Position numbers and translations under genes: made by a program. A stretch of 64,000 bases of DNA from Eledone cirrhosa (Eukaryota). The notes under the pieces are model-generated. The model made no database searches. It was not told the origin of the DNA and saw nothing but the letters and a program-made list of their open reading frames with translations. The stretch covers positions 253,208,001 to 253,272,000 of the forward strand of contig OZ024740.1 of the NCBI GenBank assembly GCA_964016885.1. The letters run 5' to 3'. Below, one piece after another: positions 12,985 to 27,291 of the stretch (position 1 is the stretch's first letter; every line of letters begins with the position of its first letter).

Positions 12985-13257
12985 TTGCTTTGGAGGTGAA
13001 TATTAATTGGTTTCACTTTGGAGATGAATATTACACCGGTTTCACTTTGGAGGTGAATATTTTACCGGTTTCACTTTGGAGGTGAATATTATACCGGTTT
13101 CACTTTTAGAGGTAAATATTACGCCAGTTTCACGTTGGAGATGATTATTACACAGGTTTCACTTTGGAGGTAAATATCGCACCAGTTTCACTTTGGAGGT
13201 GAATATTGCACCGGTTTCACTTTGGAGGTGAATATTACACTAGTTTTACTTTTGACA
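12985..13257. repeat. 29-bp tandem repeat, ~9 units (ggtttcactttggaggtgaatattacacc)
   Basis: Contiguous units without spacers; downstream 13330-13525 is similar to 3720-3990 (dispersed repeat). Confidence 0.9.
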
Positions 13258-13778
13258 TGAAATTCGTTTTTGATGTGTTTTGAATGAATATTGTCTTCAA
13301 TGCGGTCAGAAATTGGTAAAAAATCATTAGATAATGGAGTTGGGAAATAAAAACTACACTTTAAACGACACTTAGAACATTTAAAATATCAAAATATTAA
13401 AACTTCATGAGAATTTTAGAACTGCACCATCTAAATATGTGTTGATTACCTGCCTTGAAGTTATGGTTTTTACTGATTTCTCAGACATAAAATAGGCTTA
13501 TATTTGAGAATATATGGTAATTTTATTTAAGGGCAATGGATTAGTAGAATTGTTAGTGTGTTGTGTGGAATGACTTGGAGTATTTAGTTAAGGCTTTTTA
13601 GATTTTGAATTGAAATCTTGCCGAAGTCAACTTTATCAGGATTGATAAAATAAAGTATCAGTAAAAATTACTGGGGTTGAGTGAATCAAATTTGCCCCAC
13701 CTCTCATTCACCATAAAATTGTTGACCTTGTGTTTAAATCAGAAGTCATGTGATATAACTTTTTTTTCTTTCCCACAG

Positions 13779-14100
13779 CAAGAGTGTAAATTTTGAGTAA
13801 GTTCCACCAGAAGCCAATGACGGAACTGACAATAACCCCAACGTCTATGATAAACCATATGATAACTTTGAATATGTGAAATCAGTGTCCAGAAATAAAT
13901 ACAGCAGCACCTCAGAAAGCTATGACAACAGAACGAATGTGGATAGTGTTGTTTATGAGAACCCAACGTTACGAAGAGAACTAGATGTAGAAGGTGAAAA
14001 CTATTGCGGAGAAACTCGGACAGAAATTTACCACAATACTATACAACATGGACATAGTGAAACACGGCACACATCTGAGATATATATGAATATGAATTGA
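13779..14100 (+). other. Putative terminal coding exon encoding a Tyr-motif-rich cytoplasmic tail (possibly pseudogenic)
   Basis: Strong acceptor tttttttctttcccacag at 13778; open frame 13801-14100 with YDKP, YDNF, YDNR, YENP, YHNT, YMNM; in-frame TAA at 13798; not repeated elsewhere in the window. Confidence 0.45.
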
Positions 14101-14350
14101 TAGAAGAAATATTATGGCCAGACATTGATTAATTGTAAATATTTTACTATTGTTTATATAAATATTGTGGGATATGTGGTTATGGTTTACGTAGATAGAC
14201 AAACAGAGAGATAGACAGGAAGGCAATAGATAGATAGATAGATAGACTGGTGTATAATTTAATAGATGTCTAAATGGATAGATTAATAGATAGATATTTA
14301 GGTGGACAAACATACAGGGAGACACACACATACAAACACACACATATATA

Positions 14351-14816
14351 GTTATACTTTGGGAGGGTCATTCTGCCAATAAAAACACACGCACCTGTTG
14401 GTTTTCACTTCTATTTATTATAAATTTCTGGTTGGTTGGTTGGTTTGATAACCGGAAGGCTGTTTATAAATTGTCAAAGCTCTTTCGTCACACATTCTGT
14501 GACCTCCTTAGTGACTAGGTTTTTCTTTTGTGACTCTCCTTTGTTCTGTCCTCCACCATCTTGTTTTTGTGTAGATGGTGTAGGACATAACAAAGGAGAG
14601 ACACAAAATAAAAATCTAGTCACTGAGGAAGTCACAGAATGTGTGACGAAAGAGCTTGTGTGACGATAACCTTCCAGTTATCGAACCAACCAACCGAAAA
14701 CTTATAATAAATTGATGTGTTTTTATGGGTAGCATGATCCTCCCAAAGTATAGCAATATCTGTTTCAACACACGTTTTCAGATAAGAAATCTCGTAAAAC
14801 AAATTCAAAAACGAAT
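14351..14816 (+). mobile_element. Fold-back hairpin element (~200-bp arms) with degenerate hammerhead-like motifs
   Basis: 14351-14560 is inverted at 14572-14754; CTGAGGA..gtcaca/tgtgac..GAAA at 14619-14664 (+) and mirror copy at 14473-14515 (-); flanked by TA runs. Confidence 0.7.
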
Positions 14817-14892
14817 TATATATATATATGCATATATATATTATAAAGTGAAATGACAGGAGGCCAAATATGTTGAATTTCCTTAGTTTTTA

Positions 14893-14949
14893 ACACTATG
14901 CACATTTCAGTGGCCAGGTTGCGTAAGAACCCATGACCTCATCAGGTGT
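14893..14949 (-). ncRNA. Hammerhead ribozyme motif (imperfect stem II), probable PLE 3'-end remnant
   Basis: Reverse complement acac-CTGATGA-ggtca...tggccact-GAAA-tgtgc-ATA^gtgt, about 50 nt from (TA)n. Confidence 0.6.
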
Positions 14950-15915
14950 AAATTGCGTAATAGATGTATACCAACGGAATGCTCGTAAACCTTAAGGAAA
15001 CAAGTAAAGAAAAACAAAGAAGAAAAAGTGTGTGCTATGCTTTTGACCCAGAGACGGATGTAGTAGCATGTTGCTCGCCTGCCTCTCAATGAGGTTATTT
15101 TTAACAAATCTTTCCTGCTAGTTTGCTAGCGGGTATGGGGATGTATAGAATATTGTGTACAGAAAATGATAATTCGCCTGGGTCAAGCTAAGCTCTATGT
15201 ACTCATGGAAAGCATACAACATATGGTAGAGAAAAAATATTTCGGTTAGAAATGTATATAAGTTGGAGTTAAGATTAAATAAGTAGACCACTTACGTTAA
15301 TGATTCCAATTATAGAGTTGTATAAATCAGGGACCTAATAAGACAAATAACACAATGTTAGTTAGTCTAAGCTCAGTTGCTACCCGCTTTGGATTCCCAT
15401 CAAAGTTCAATGTTATATTATATTAAATTACGGTAGTAGTAAGGTATGGTGGTTAACAACAACTGAGAAAGGTGCCCCCCGACACAGGGCCCAAAAGTCC
15501 ACCAACCGTTTATTTCCCGAAAAGGGAAATTTAGTTTATTTCCAAACACTCAAGGGGGTGGACAGATCCAGTTGCCTCGAGTGCAGCTAGAAGGGTATCC
15601 ATAGCCAGCCGGTGTCGTAACATGCCATGAGTTCTTAGCCATCCATGATAGGGAAGTTAGTTCTAAAATCGAGAAGTATCATAATTGAAGCTACGGAGGA
15701 TACAATGAGATAAGAAAAACTATACACAATCCCCAGCTGTCCCTAGGTTCTATGCGCCAGTCAGTCCAATAATCATATTGGGTGTAATCCACATAGGCAA
15801 GGCACATACATTCAAACCAAACTATCACCATAATATGAAGACATTATCATATATTATATAGCAAATGTATCCCAAGGGGTAGGTGGGACAATCAATCAGA
15901 CATATATATAGTTAA

Positions 15916-16298
15916 CTAGCAGATTTACCCGGCGTTGCCCGGGGTTTGAAATGCAACAAAGAATAAACAAGAAACAAACGATAATATTAGTGATTTATCT
16001 TCAAATTAATCTGATGTTTATATTTCTGTCAACAAAGTTGGTTATCTCCCTTTTTTATAAGGATTGTCAATAAAGTTGGTTATCTCCCTTACATCAATTT
16101 TGCTACCGATAATTTTGATATCGATATTTTATTGCTCAACGTGGGTCGATTGGAAAATCTTTTGTGATGTGACCATCTTAGCGACCTGTGTAACGTGCAC
16201 AGAAGATTTGATCAAATTCGGTTGGTAATTGTAAAAGCCTTAGGTATCCAATGTTGTACACAGACACACACACATCCTCGCTTTTATTTATATAAAGA
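15916..16298 (-). mobile_element. Non-autonomous Helitron
   Basis: CTAG plus hairpin cccggcgttgcccgggg; TC 5' end; sits between A and T. Confidence 0.8.
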
Positions 16299-16932
16299 TG
16301 GTAAATATGCAAAGGATTATTTAATGGAAAGTATAATGTATCAGGGACATAGAAAGTAAAAGAATTTAGGTAAAGGATGAGTGACATAATATATATTGTT
16401 ATACTTTGGGAGGGTCATGCTGCCAATATTCAAAAACGAAGTATATATATATATATATGTATATATACACATATATAGTTCAAGGAGACAATAAACAGAG
16501 GTATAAAAAGTCTTGGTAATGAGTTGAAACGCAAAGTATGTATATTAGTGTTGTTATATGTGTGAGTGTAAGTGTATGTTTAAACGAGTGTGATTTTTAA
16601 AGGTATATTGTGTAAAGTATCAAAGATAGTATGAGATGGAATAGATAGAAGTGGAGCAGATAGATAGAAGTGGACATATATGAGTGATGTATGTAAATTG
16701 AATGTGTGTACTGTATATGTGCGTTGAAGTAATTTTGTGTGTGTAAAGTATCTGGCAGTGTTTGTGTATGTCTGTGAGATGTGTGGATATGTATGTGTGA
16801 GTGTATGATTACATTTTAATTTGTGTATGTTAAAGTTTATGTGTACAAGTAAAGTATCTAATTGTGATTTGTATGTAAGCGTGTATGTATTAACGAGTAC
16901 GTGTCAGAGGATAGAGGAAGTATGTTTAGTTT

Positions 16933-17045
<113 letters not shown>

Positions 17046-17076
17046 ATGTATATATGTATGTATGTGCATGTGTGTG

Positions 17077-17716
<640 letters not shown>

Positions 17717-18653
17717 ACGTGTGTGGTTATCGACTGAGCCCGACTCTGGAATTGATAGCTCATCAGACTCGACAGGAGATATTTGTGTACTACTTTAAAT
17801 TTCCATTACACATTCAATTGAGGCACCGGAGTTGGTTGAGTTTGATTGGTTGGTTAGTTTGGGGGAAGAATAGAATAAATAAAAGAAAAAAGAAAGGGGA
17901 AGAGGGTAGAAGAAGGGAAAAGAAGGAAGAAGAAAAAAAAATGAGAAAGCAAGCTTGGAAAAGCAAATGTAAGGGAGAGGGAAGAAAGAAAGAAAAAGAA
18001 AGAGAAAAAGATCAAGAATATGCAAGATAAAAAAATAAAAATCATCTTATAATTCTTGGTGCGTTTCATCCATTTGTTCATCACATTGGGGCAAGATTGG
18101 ACGGGAGACTGTGTCTTTCTCGTAGAGGACTGTTTCTGGCAGGTTTTCTGCGACTGGATACCCTTCCTAACGCCAACCACATTTATAGTATGGACTGGGA
18201 GCCTTTTTGTCGTGTCACCTACATGACCACTTTAAAGTGGACGGAAGGAGGAGAATGGAGGATGGGTGTAGGGTGGGGTGTATATTAGGTTAAGAGATGC
18301 CATAAAATCTATGTAATGATTGAGGAAGCAATGAGCATTCCAAGATTAGCTACACTTGTGTGAGTGTATGTGTGTTTGTGCTTTTATATTTATATACTCA
18401 TACATATAACTGTATACATATACATATAAACATACACACACACACAATTGTAATGAATTGTGTGTGTGTGTGTACAGAGACATGAGGAAATGAATGAAGA
18501 ACAGAGGCATCCAAGAACTATATGTATGCAAACACCAGGCGGTGCTATTAAATTAGACATGGCCTGGGCCAATACTGGCCGAAACTTATCAAAGTTATCA
18601 AAGTAAACACACATACACATGGACATGAAAATGTCCACATACACGCATGTAAT

Positions 18654-19103
18654 ACTAGACCTGAAAAATACGCAAGCTCAAAAGAGCCACAGAATGTTAT
18701 AATAAACCTTCAAAAGTGTGGGACTAGAGTTGTTGCTCAAAAATATTGTAATCATTATCTATCGTACACTCTGTGGCATCCTTTTATAAAAAAAAAAGAG
18801 ACTCATAACGAACTCAAGACGACACGATAATTATGTAAGCTAATGTTCAATAGCTCATATTAGATGTTTAGTAATGATTAATACGAAATGCACTTAAACC
18901 GAATTCTATATTATAAATTCACTTAAATAATTATCGTGTCATCTTGAGTTCGTTATGAGTCTCTTTTTTACAAAATGATGCCACAGAGTGTACGATAGAT
19001 AATGATTACAATATTTTTGAGCAACACCTCTAGTCCCACACTTTTTAAGGTTTATTATAACATTCTGTGGCTCTTTTGAGCTTGGACATTTTTCAGGTCT
19101 AGT
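18654..19103. repeat. Fold-back/MITE-like inverted repeat, ~180-bp arms and ~95-bp spacer
   Basis: 18654-18833 is the reverse complement of 18928-19103 with few mismatches. Confidence 0.85.
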
Positions 19104-19899
19104 TTAATTTTTTTTTAAGGCAACGCTTGTAATAACTCTAGTTAAACATGATATATATTAATAATAAATTATCGTAGTAATGTAATTAGATTATATAATT
19201 GTTATTTTATAAATGATCTTATAAGATGTATAAAAATACTTTCAGACTTTTAGTATAAACAACTACAAAAAACAATCAATATTAAATAAATATATTTTAC
19301 ATAATAATTGTTATAGTTGAATTAATAAAAATTAAATATTACATACAAATAGTCTAACATAATAAAAAAAATAATCTAACATAATAATAATAAAATAATC
19401 TAACATAAAACGAACAATAATATGGACAAATATACAAGTAAATATGATACAACCAATATTATAAGCATGTTATAACTGAAAAAAAATTAGTTAATATAAA
19501 TTTAAAAAATCATATATAAATTAACAATATAACTTACCAAAACGAGAAAAATATTTTGATGATAAACGACGAAATACAGAAGGAAGATTCGAAAGCGAAA
19601 CGATAAATAAACGTGCAAACAAAGTGGCGGATGCTTTTCAGCAACAATTACTCTCATTGGTTGATTAGTCAATAAGACGATGAAATTAGCCAATAAGACG
19701 ATACATTACAAAAGGTGTTTGGCAGGGATCACCACGGCGAGCGAAACCTCTTGAATTTTTTATTCACAAGTTACGCATATATGTCAGACATGCAGACTTA
19801 AAACATTCTGTTGTTAGTCACTGCGTGTCTAACAGATAACATATACTTTGGTGTCATAGCCAAAACTTGGGAGTGCATGTATGTGTGTGTGTATGCATA

Positions 19900-21830
19900 T
19901 ATACATAGATCTCCAAGACTTTTCTCTGGAACACCACTTGTTTTTTTTAGGTCCCACTTTTTTGTCTTTTCTTCTATTGCCTTTAGATCTAGTGTTGATG
20001 AGATATGATACCTCCTTCATATCATCACCCTGCCTACTTCCCTTGATTCCAGTTTCTCCTTTCCACCCACCGTTGAGCCAAGCACCCTGGCCAGGAACAA
20101 CCAACCACACACCCATGTTGCCACCTAGTGCTCCAGTCCACAGCTCCACACTTCACCCTCCATCCCCACCAGCTAACACCTGCAGCACATGCACCCCCAA
20201 GAACAGGCAGAAGAAAGGCCGGAACTGTTTGGGGTTCGGCTGTTTCAACCACCTTTCTTGTGTTTGCTGGATGCATCGAGCCTCCAGTGCCCTCAGAGTG
20301 TGGAGATGCAGCAACTGGCTCTTTCTCCTGTCTGCAGAGCTGCGACCGTCCTCTACAACACTAGATGAGACAGTGAGCTTGTCTGATGCTGAAGCCTCAC
20401 TGGTCAATATCACTTGGCTCAGGCGGCTCTGGAAGATTCCGCTCAAGATCCCAAGAGCAGCCTGGATGCTGCTGGCCGACGCTCTCGCATCCTCAATCGA
20501 AGGGCTCTAATCGAGCTAGTGACTGGGAGTGCCTATTCTATTTCGCCCCACTTGACTGCGGCCTCCTAAACTGTGGTGCTGACCGAGGCAGCCTGTAGAC
20601 AGCAGTTTTGTCAAGGCCAACATTTCATCCCTTGGGCAAGCGCCCATCCCAAGTGTGCCCAAGGAAACCTCATCCTCTGCTCTCAGAGGCCAGCACAAAG
20701 TGTTTACGCAACTGCATAAACGCCAAACTAATCGAAGGGGATGTCTTGGCCGCAGTCAGAGTGGTCACGATGGATGACACTCCTCCACCCCACTGATGAG
20801 GTCCTAGCTGCTCTTCAGCTGAGGTGCCCACAGACCTGGGACACATACCCCCACCTGATCCTCACCTACATCTGTCTCAGACGTGCGATTCACTCTTCGC
20901 CAGGTGCAGGTGACCTTGAAAGAGGTCACCTTGCATTGCCGACCTTCCCGTTGGCCATCCATTCTACCATCAGGTCCAGGCTCCAGCAGCTCACGACCCT
21001 TACAAGAAGACTGAGCCTGATTGATGCCCATCTAGCCCTTTTCCTGTTGAGAAACTGTTTTGCCATGCCAAAGCTCCTCTACACACTCTGTAGCGCTCCT
21101 TGCTACAGCCACGCATCTCTCCTCGCTGACCTCGACACTTGTATCCAAGTGGCAGCTGAGGAGATATGCAACGTCAGGTTTGACGACTTTGGACGGAATC
21201 AGACCACCTTGCCTGTTAGAAACGGTCATGTTGGCTTTGCCGGCATTTCTTTTATCGGTAACCTCTTGATGAATCCTCATCAACATGGTTCGCCACAACA
21301 CAATGGAACCCACTGCAATCTAGGATCATGAGGCTGCCTGCGAGACATGGAACTGGCTCGGACTCCGCCCATTTGACATCCCTTCTCTTCTCCCTGTAGA
21401 CGTCAAATCACCCAGAGCATATGGGCTAGCACAGCAGCTCGACCAGCACCACCTTGCTTGTTTTCGCTTGGCCTCGGAACCCCGCAGTGGTGCCTGGCTC
21501 AATATTTTACCCTCCTTTTCAACTGGCACGCAGCTGGATAAGGATAGCCACACAATTGTTATTGCGCCAGCCGGTGGGGCTGGACTAAGGGGACGGCAAA
21601 AGATTAGATGGCATGACTATCTTTCCATTCTATGGTGGTAAACCCTTCATCTGGGATGCCACATACAGCAGCAACCTGGTGCAGTCTGCGATTAACCTAG
21701 GCTCCAAATATCAGTCGCTCTCTAACAGAGCTGGCTATCCGCAGGTGTGACCTGGAATGGCTCTTCCAGTGCGTCTCCCTCACCATCCCATGAGGAAACG
21801 GCTTCTCTATTTTGTCAGCCAGTGCCACGG
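19900..21830 (+). mobile_element. Degenerate, internally deleted CRE-like non-LTR retrotransposon (RT C-terminus plus restriction-like endonuclease)
   Basis: Remnants HLALFLLRNCFAMPKLLYTL, TLPVRNG, SGAWLNILP, DGKRLDGMTIFPF, GKPFIWDAT. Confidence 0.7.
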
Positions 21831-22328
21831 GTTGGCCAGCACGTGGGCCCCTATTTGTGCATGTTTGAGTCCATAAGCAAGGGAAAGCGGATCTTCTGTA
21901 TTACTGCATAACGCCAAAGATCTTGATCCTGTGTCATTGTCTTTGAGAGGTGCAATTGTGCAAGGTCAGCTTTTATCATCTCATCCCAAGTCTTCCTACT
22001 CCATAGCTTCCATCAATTTTGATCACCCTGCACCTTTTTATACAGCTGTCATCCTTCATATGCATCACATGACCATATCAATTCAATCTCCTCTCTAGTA
22101 TACATAAACAGATACACAGACAACCGAAGCACACACACACATATACATAAATAATTATTACAAGTGGTGAAATGATATGTATGTGTTTGTGTTAGAACAT
22201 GTGTATGTGTATGTGAGAGTGTATGTGCGTGTCAGTGTATGTGTGAATGTATGTATGTTTGCATATTTATATTTATATACTCATACATATAAATGTATAC
22301 ATATGCATATACACATCTTCTTGTGACG

Positions 22329-23015
22329 CTAAACTCCACCAGTTGCAGACTCCGCATCAACATGTGATATCTCTCTCCATAAAGTTCGATCACCAGCAGC
22401 AGAGTTCAAAGAGCAAAGATCAAGTCTAGTCCATAAGTTGACATTGTCAAGCCATCGTTTTGACTGCCAGCCTCCGCTTCTCTTACCAGCCAACCTTCCT
22501 TCCATGCATAACCTACTCATACCACGAGTTGATCTTTTTATATGGTTGTATAGTTTGAGTACTCTTGACTTGACAATTGAGGTAATTGATCTAAGTTTGG
22601 TAATGTTGAGCAGCTCACTGATACAGATACGGTCACTGAGTCGCTGGACAGTCATAAGTCTCATGATGTGGTTCTGGAATGTAGAGAGCTTCTGAAGTGA
22701 CCTTGTCGTCCTATTAACACAATAAAGACCACATAACACAACTGGTAGGATGTAAGTATTAAAGATCTTAGCCTTCAAATGATAGAAAACTCATTTTGAT
22801 GTGAGTACTTCCTTGTTGTTGTTGAAAGCTGCTCAACCTAGAGCGATTCAATATTGCGCAGCAACCATTCCATTGTTGTTTGATGATAGTTTGTGACAGA
22901 GATATACAAACTACGTAACTTGAGCAATTTGCTGGTTGGAGATTGGCATTGTTTTTATCAGTTGTCATATATTTTGTTTTAGAGATGTTGATCTGCAAGC
23001 CAGCATCCAGCGAAT
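22329..23015 (-). mobile_element. 3' fragment of an RTE-like LINE
   Basis: GLQINISKTKYM, KIFNTYILPVVL, MEGRLAGKRSGG..KRWLDNV. Confidence 0.8.
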
Positions 23016-23172
23016 GTTTGACCAGTGCTACTGGTAACATGTAACCTAGTACAACCTGTTACATGGTCAGGTCGTCGACGACTAAACTGGCAACCCCACC
23101 AAGTATAATTGGTGAGGAGGGTGATTCTGGACACCCTGTAGGACAAAAAACATATACACATACATACACACA

Positions 23173-23364
23173 ATAATTGTTTCTACTTTTGGCACAAGGA
23201 CAGCAATTATCCCAAGGTATTACTGGTACTTTATTTTATCGACCCCATAAGGATGAAAGGCAAAGTTAACCTCGGCGGGATTTGAACTCAGATCATAAAG
23301 GGCCGTAACTCTTTGCTGCAAAGCAAGGCGTCCGACTCTCTACCGATACTGCCAATCCACCGCC
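23173..23364 (-). mobile_element. tRNA-derived SINE
   Basis: Full-length reverse-complement copy. Confidence 0.9.
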
Positions 23365-23526
23365 CTTACATACATACACACAATAATGATTCCTGGAATG
23401 CAATGATGTGTATGTATTTATGTGATAACTGAAGAAGGATGTGCGTGGTGAAACAGTATGTGTGTGTTTGTGTGAATGTATGTCTGGGTGTGTTTGTGTT
23501 AGTATATGTATGTGAATGTATGGGTG

Positions 23527-24191
23527 TGTAAGAAGATATATAACGACCACAGTTGCAAGGTATACATAATCTCTTTGAAGGAGGCCAGGAAGCAATTGCA
23601 TTTTGCAGGAACATCTGTAATTACAACTGTGCATTTTCTTTTGCATCATTTGGTCTTAAACTTGCCTTACCACCTGGTAGAGGCTCATATTGCTTTGGTA
23701 TTCAGGGTCAAACATATCAGAATACCACATCTCTGTACCCTGCAGAAAATACACCACAATATGGTCAGCTATATATTATTGACGCAAATGAAAATGTGCA
23801 GCTCAGATTGGAAGAGCCGCCAAATAATGACTGCTCACCACAAACAATGACTATGATAAGTGAGGTGTTACATGTCGAAGTGTACAATACACTTCCTGCC
23901 ATCGAATAAGAAGAGCAGCAAAGAGCAAGAAGAGAAAATCGTCACATACAGAACTATGAATGAAGATTTACCAGAAGATCAGATATGAGACGCTACAATT
24001 TACCAACTAGTAATGAAATAGCTGTTGTTTTTGTGGGGATAGATGGTGCACCACCTGTACACAGAGATATTGTCATCTACTCAGAAAATATCATATACTT
24101 CATGCCACTTAGACACCATAACCTACCCTTTATTGTTTCCACATGGTAAATTTGGGTGGCATAGTGGCATGCAGGATGTGGAGGAATGTAG
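23527..24191 (+). mobile_element. Helitron RepHel coding fragment (N-terminal region), degenerate
   Basis: RNICNYNCAFSFASFG..PPGRGSYCFGIQGQTY..PQYGQLYIID, then RRYNLPTSNEIAVVF and TYPLLFPHG, typical of Helitron RepHel proteins. Confidence 0.85.
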
Positions 24192-24967
24192 TGTAACAGC
24201 AATTTGATACTCTTTCCAATAATTGCATTATCTTACACTGTCAAATTGGCCACCATAGAAGCTGACCTATTGGGCCTCATAGAACCACATTGTGAATGGC
24301 TTTTGAGTGCCAATATGCCTGAGGTTTTAACATATCAGAGTGTCATCTGCTTCTTCTCAGGTCTCGGAGACAGGGAAGCGATATACATAAATAGCCAGCT
24401 CTCGACTAAGCTAGTAGAGTCGCAGAGTTGAATTCTAAGAGTTAACATGTAGTCAGTCCACTGCCTTACACAGACTCTCTTGGTCTCTGTTACTCTCTCT
24501 TACGCTCTCTCACTTGCACTCTCTCTCTCGGTCTCTCAGAAGTATGGTAAATACAACTTTAATAATATTTTTACAAACAAACACTCATACACTTTTTAAC
24601 AAACAACGTCACACAATTCATCTGTGTTTATTTGTTCTTCGTATATTGTCTTATAACTTCGGCGAAAGTTATATTTAATAAATTAGTAACATAGCTGATT
24701 CATGTTATCATGGTTTTTATATATTTCATTTCCTACGCGATTAAAGTAAATTACTTACCTAAGGAAACATGTCTTAATGAACACTGTTACTCACTTATTT
24801 GCACACACGCAATCTCTGGTCACACTGTATCAGGCACATCAAGCTTCTCTCGCCTAGACTTTACGCAACAGTGATCACACAACTGAGCAATCCACAAGTG
24901 AATACACACTCAACAACAGAATCAACACCACAATTAAAACATTTGTATCACCATTCGACCCGCTATA
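24192..24967 (+). mobile_element. Solo LTR inserted in the Helitron fragment
   Basis: TGTAAC...CGCTATA with 4-bp target duplication GTAG; similar to 5732-6955. Confidence 0.75.
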
Positions 24968-24989
24968 GTAGGACTCATCTCCGTAACAA

Positions 24990-25695
24990 TAAATTTGTTC
25001 CATGACCGAGCTCGTTTTGCGATTTACTCGTTTTACAAATCAATTTTCCCTATTGAAATTAATTACAATATACTTAATCCATTCAAGACCCCCCCCCCCT
25101 TTTTATGGGTTTTAAAACAGAAAATGTGCAGTTACAAGGAAAATGACAATTTTAAAACATAATAAAAGAGAATGCAAAAGAAATATGCAAACTGGTTTTA
25201 TTAACTTCGAGGACAGATGTGCATTGCTTGGAGTCCACTACACGCACTCCCCTCTCATGTTTGTCAATGATATCCTTCTTAATTCTATCGTAAACAGATT
25301 TTTCTTCTTCTCAGCACTGTCCTTTGCACTAACCTTCTTAGGATCCGTGGCTAACACAACTAATTAATATAAAATAATATATGCATAAAACTAAATAATA
25401 AATGCATAAAAATAATAAATGCATAAAACTAAAAAAAACACTGGGAAAAACACAATAGAGATGTTGCTACAATGAGATAAATACGTGAACTGAGCAAGCA
25501 GAGGATGTGCTTGTTGGCAGAGCGCGTGCGAGCTCAGTGCTGTCTAGCGGTCACTTGTATAAAACTAGCTCGTACTGCAGATTTCCACTCGTACTACAAG
25601 AAAAAAATTTGCACGAGTCTCAGTTTGTGCAGCAAATTACTCATACAAATTACTCGTACTGCGAGGTAATAAATTACTCGTACTGTAGAGGTAAT
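24990..25695. mobile_element. Pogo/Tigger-like non-autonomous DNA transposon remnant
   Basis: Repeated (a/g)ctcgt subterminal motifs at both ends and an aattttccctattgaaattaat motif recalled from Tigger-type MITEs. Confidence 0.45.
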
Positions 25696-25983
25696 AAATA
25701 ATTTTTAAAATGATGGTGAAAGTTTATCAGCGGTTGTTTTTGCTTGGTTTATTTTTCCATTTATAGTAGTAGTGATAAAATATGAAGTTGATGAGTGAGT
25801 AGCTTGTTGGTTAATAGAAGTTATTGTTGTTGTTTGGTCCTAGTCTAAGCCTAAGTGATCTCCAATGTGACTTTCCTTATTTAATGACAGACAAGTCTGT
25901 GAATCATATGCTATTTCTCATATAGACGCACCCGTCTAAGGTGAAACAAATTGTTCTCGGAAATGAAATATATATATTATATA

Positions 25984-26430
<447 letters not shown>

Positions 26431-26435
26431 ACACT

Positions 26436-26645
<210 letters not shown>

Positions 26646-26778
26646 GGAGTGTAACTTGGAGTTACTGTAGGTTCACCCGGGTGAGCACTCGATGTTTAGG
26701 TTCACTTCAGTGTCAAGGTGTAGAGCTAGACAGAGTGTATTATAGTGAAAAGATAACAAGGACGATTGGTTACTCGTT

Positions 26779-26884
26779 CATTACAGGTTGGTGACGCGCG
26801 TTTCGCCACTGATCAGCTAAAGGTTCGATCTGTATCGATCTTACCCGACTCTGTAATCTGCGATTCGTCGGACCCCTTGTAATG
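26779..26884 (-). ncRNA. Hammerhead-like motif with long stem II (more degenerate sense copy at 30944-31038)
   Basis: Reverse complement cattaca..ggt-CCGACGA-(~60 nt)-GAAA-cgcgc-GTC^acc..tgtaatg; U4C core change. Confidence 0.55.
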
Positions 26885-27291
26885 CTAGTAGAAAATGAAT
26901 ACATGCTATATGATAAAGTCAGAAGTTCATATGTTGGTCAATAAGGCTTGTTTTGATTGGTGGAATAGATCATAGGGATGTTTTTGCCTGTAGTGTATGT
27001 ATGTGGGTGGTGTGTGTGTGGGGGGGGTGTGATAACATGGTGGTGACGGTCGCAGGCTGAAGGGGGTCGTGAAATGGGGGTGCTGGTTGTCGGTAGACAG
27101 ATTGACATGTAGTTGAGGCTGATTTTTGTGTGTGGTGTGGTGTGGTGTTGTTGCTTGTGGTAATAGTGGTTATGGTGGTGTGATGAATGTGTTGGTGGTG
27201 TCAAATACAATGAGGACATACATACATAGACACACTTAGTCTGACAAATACGTTGTATACATACACATGTGCGTATATATATATATATCAA

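Noticed and set aside
12985-13257. 29-bp repeats resembling a CRISPR array
   Set aside because: Units are contiguous with no unique spacers; eukaryotic context; no cas genes
17725-17775. Minus-strand CTGATGA next to a purine-rich tract
   Set aside because: No GAAA/NUH partner found
23422-23465. CTGAAGA...GAAACAGTA hammerhead-like spacing
   Set aside because: Stems I and II do not pair convincingly
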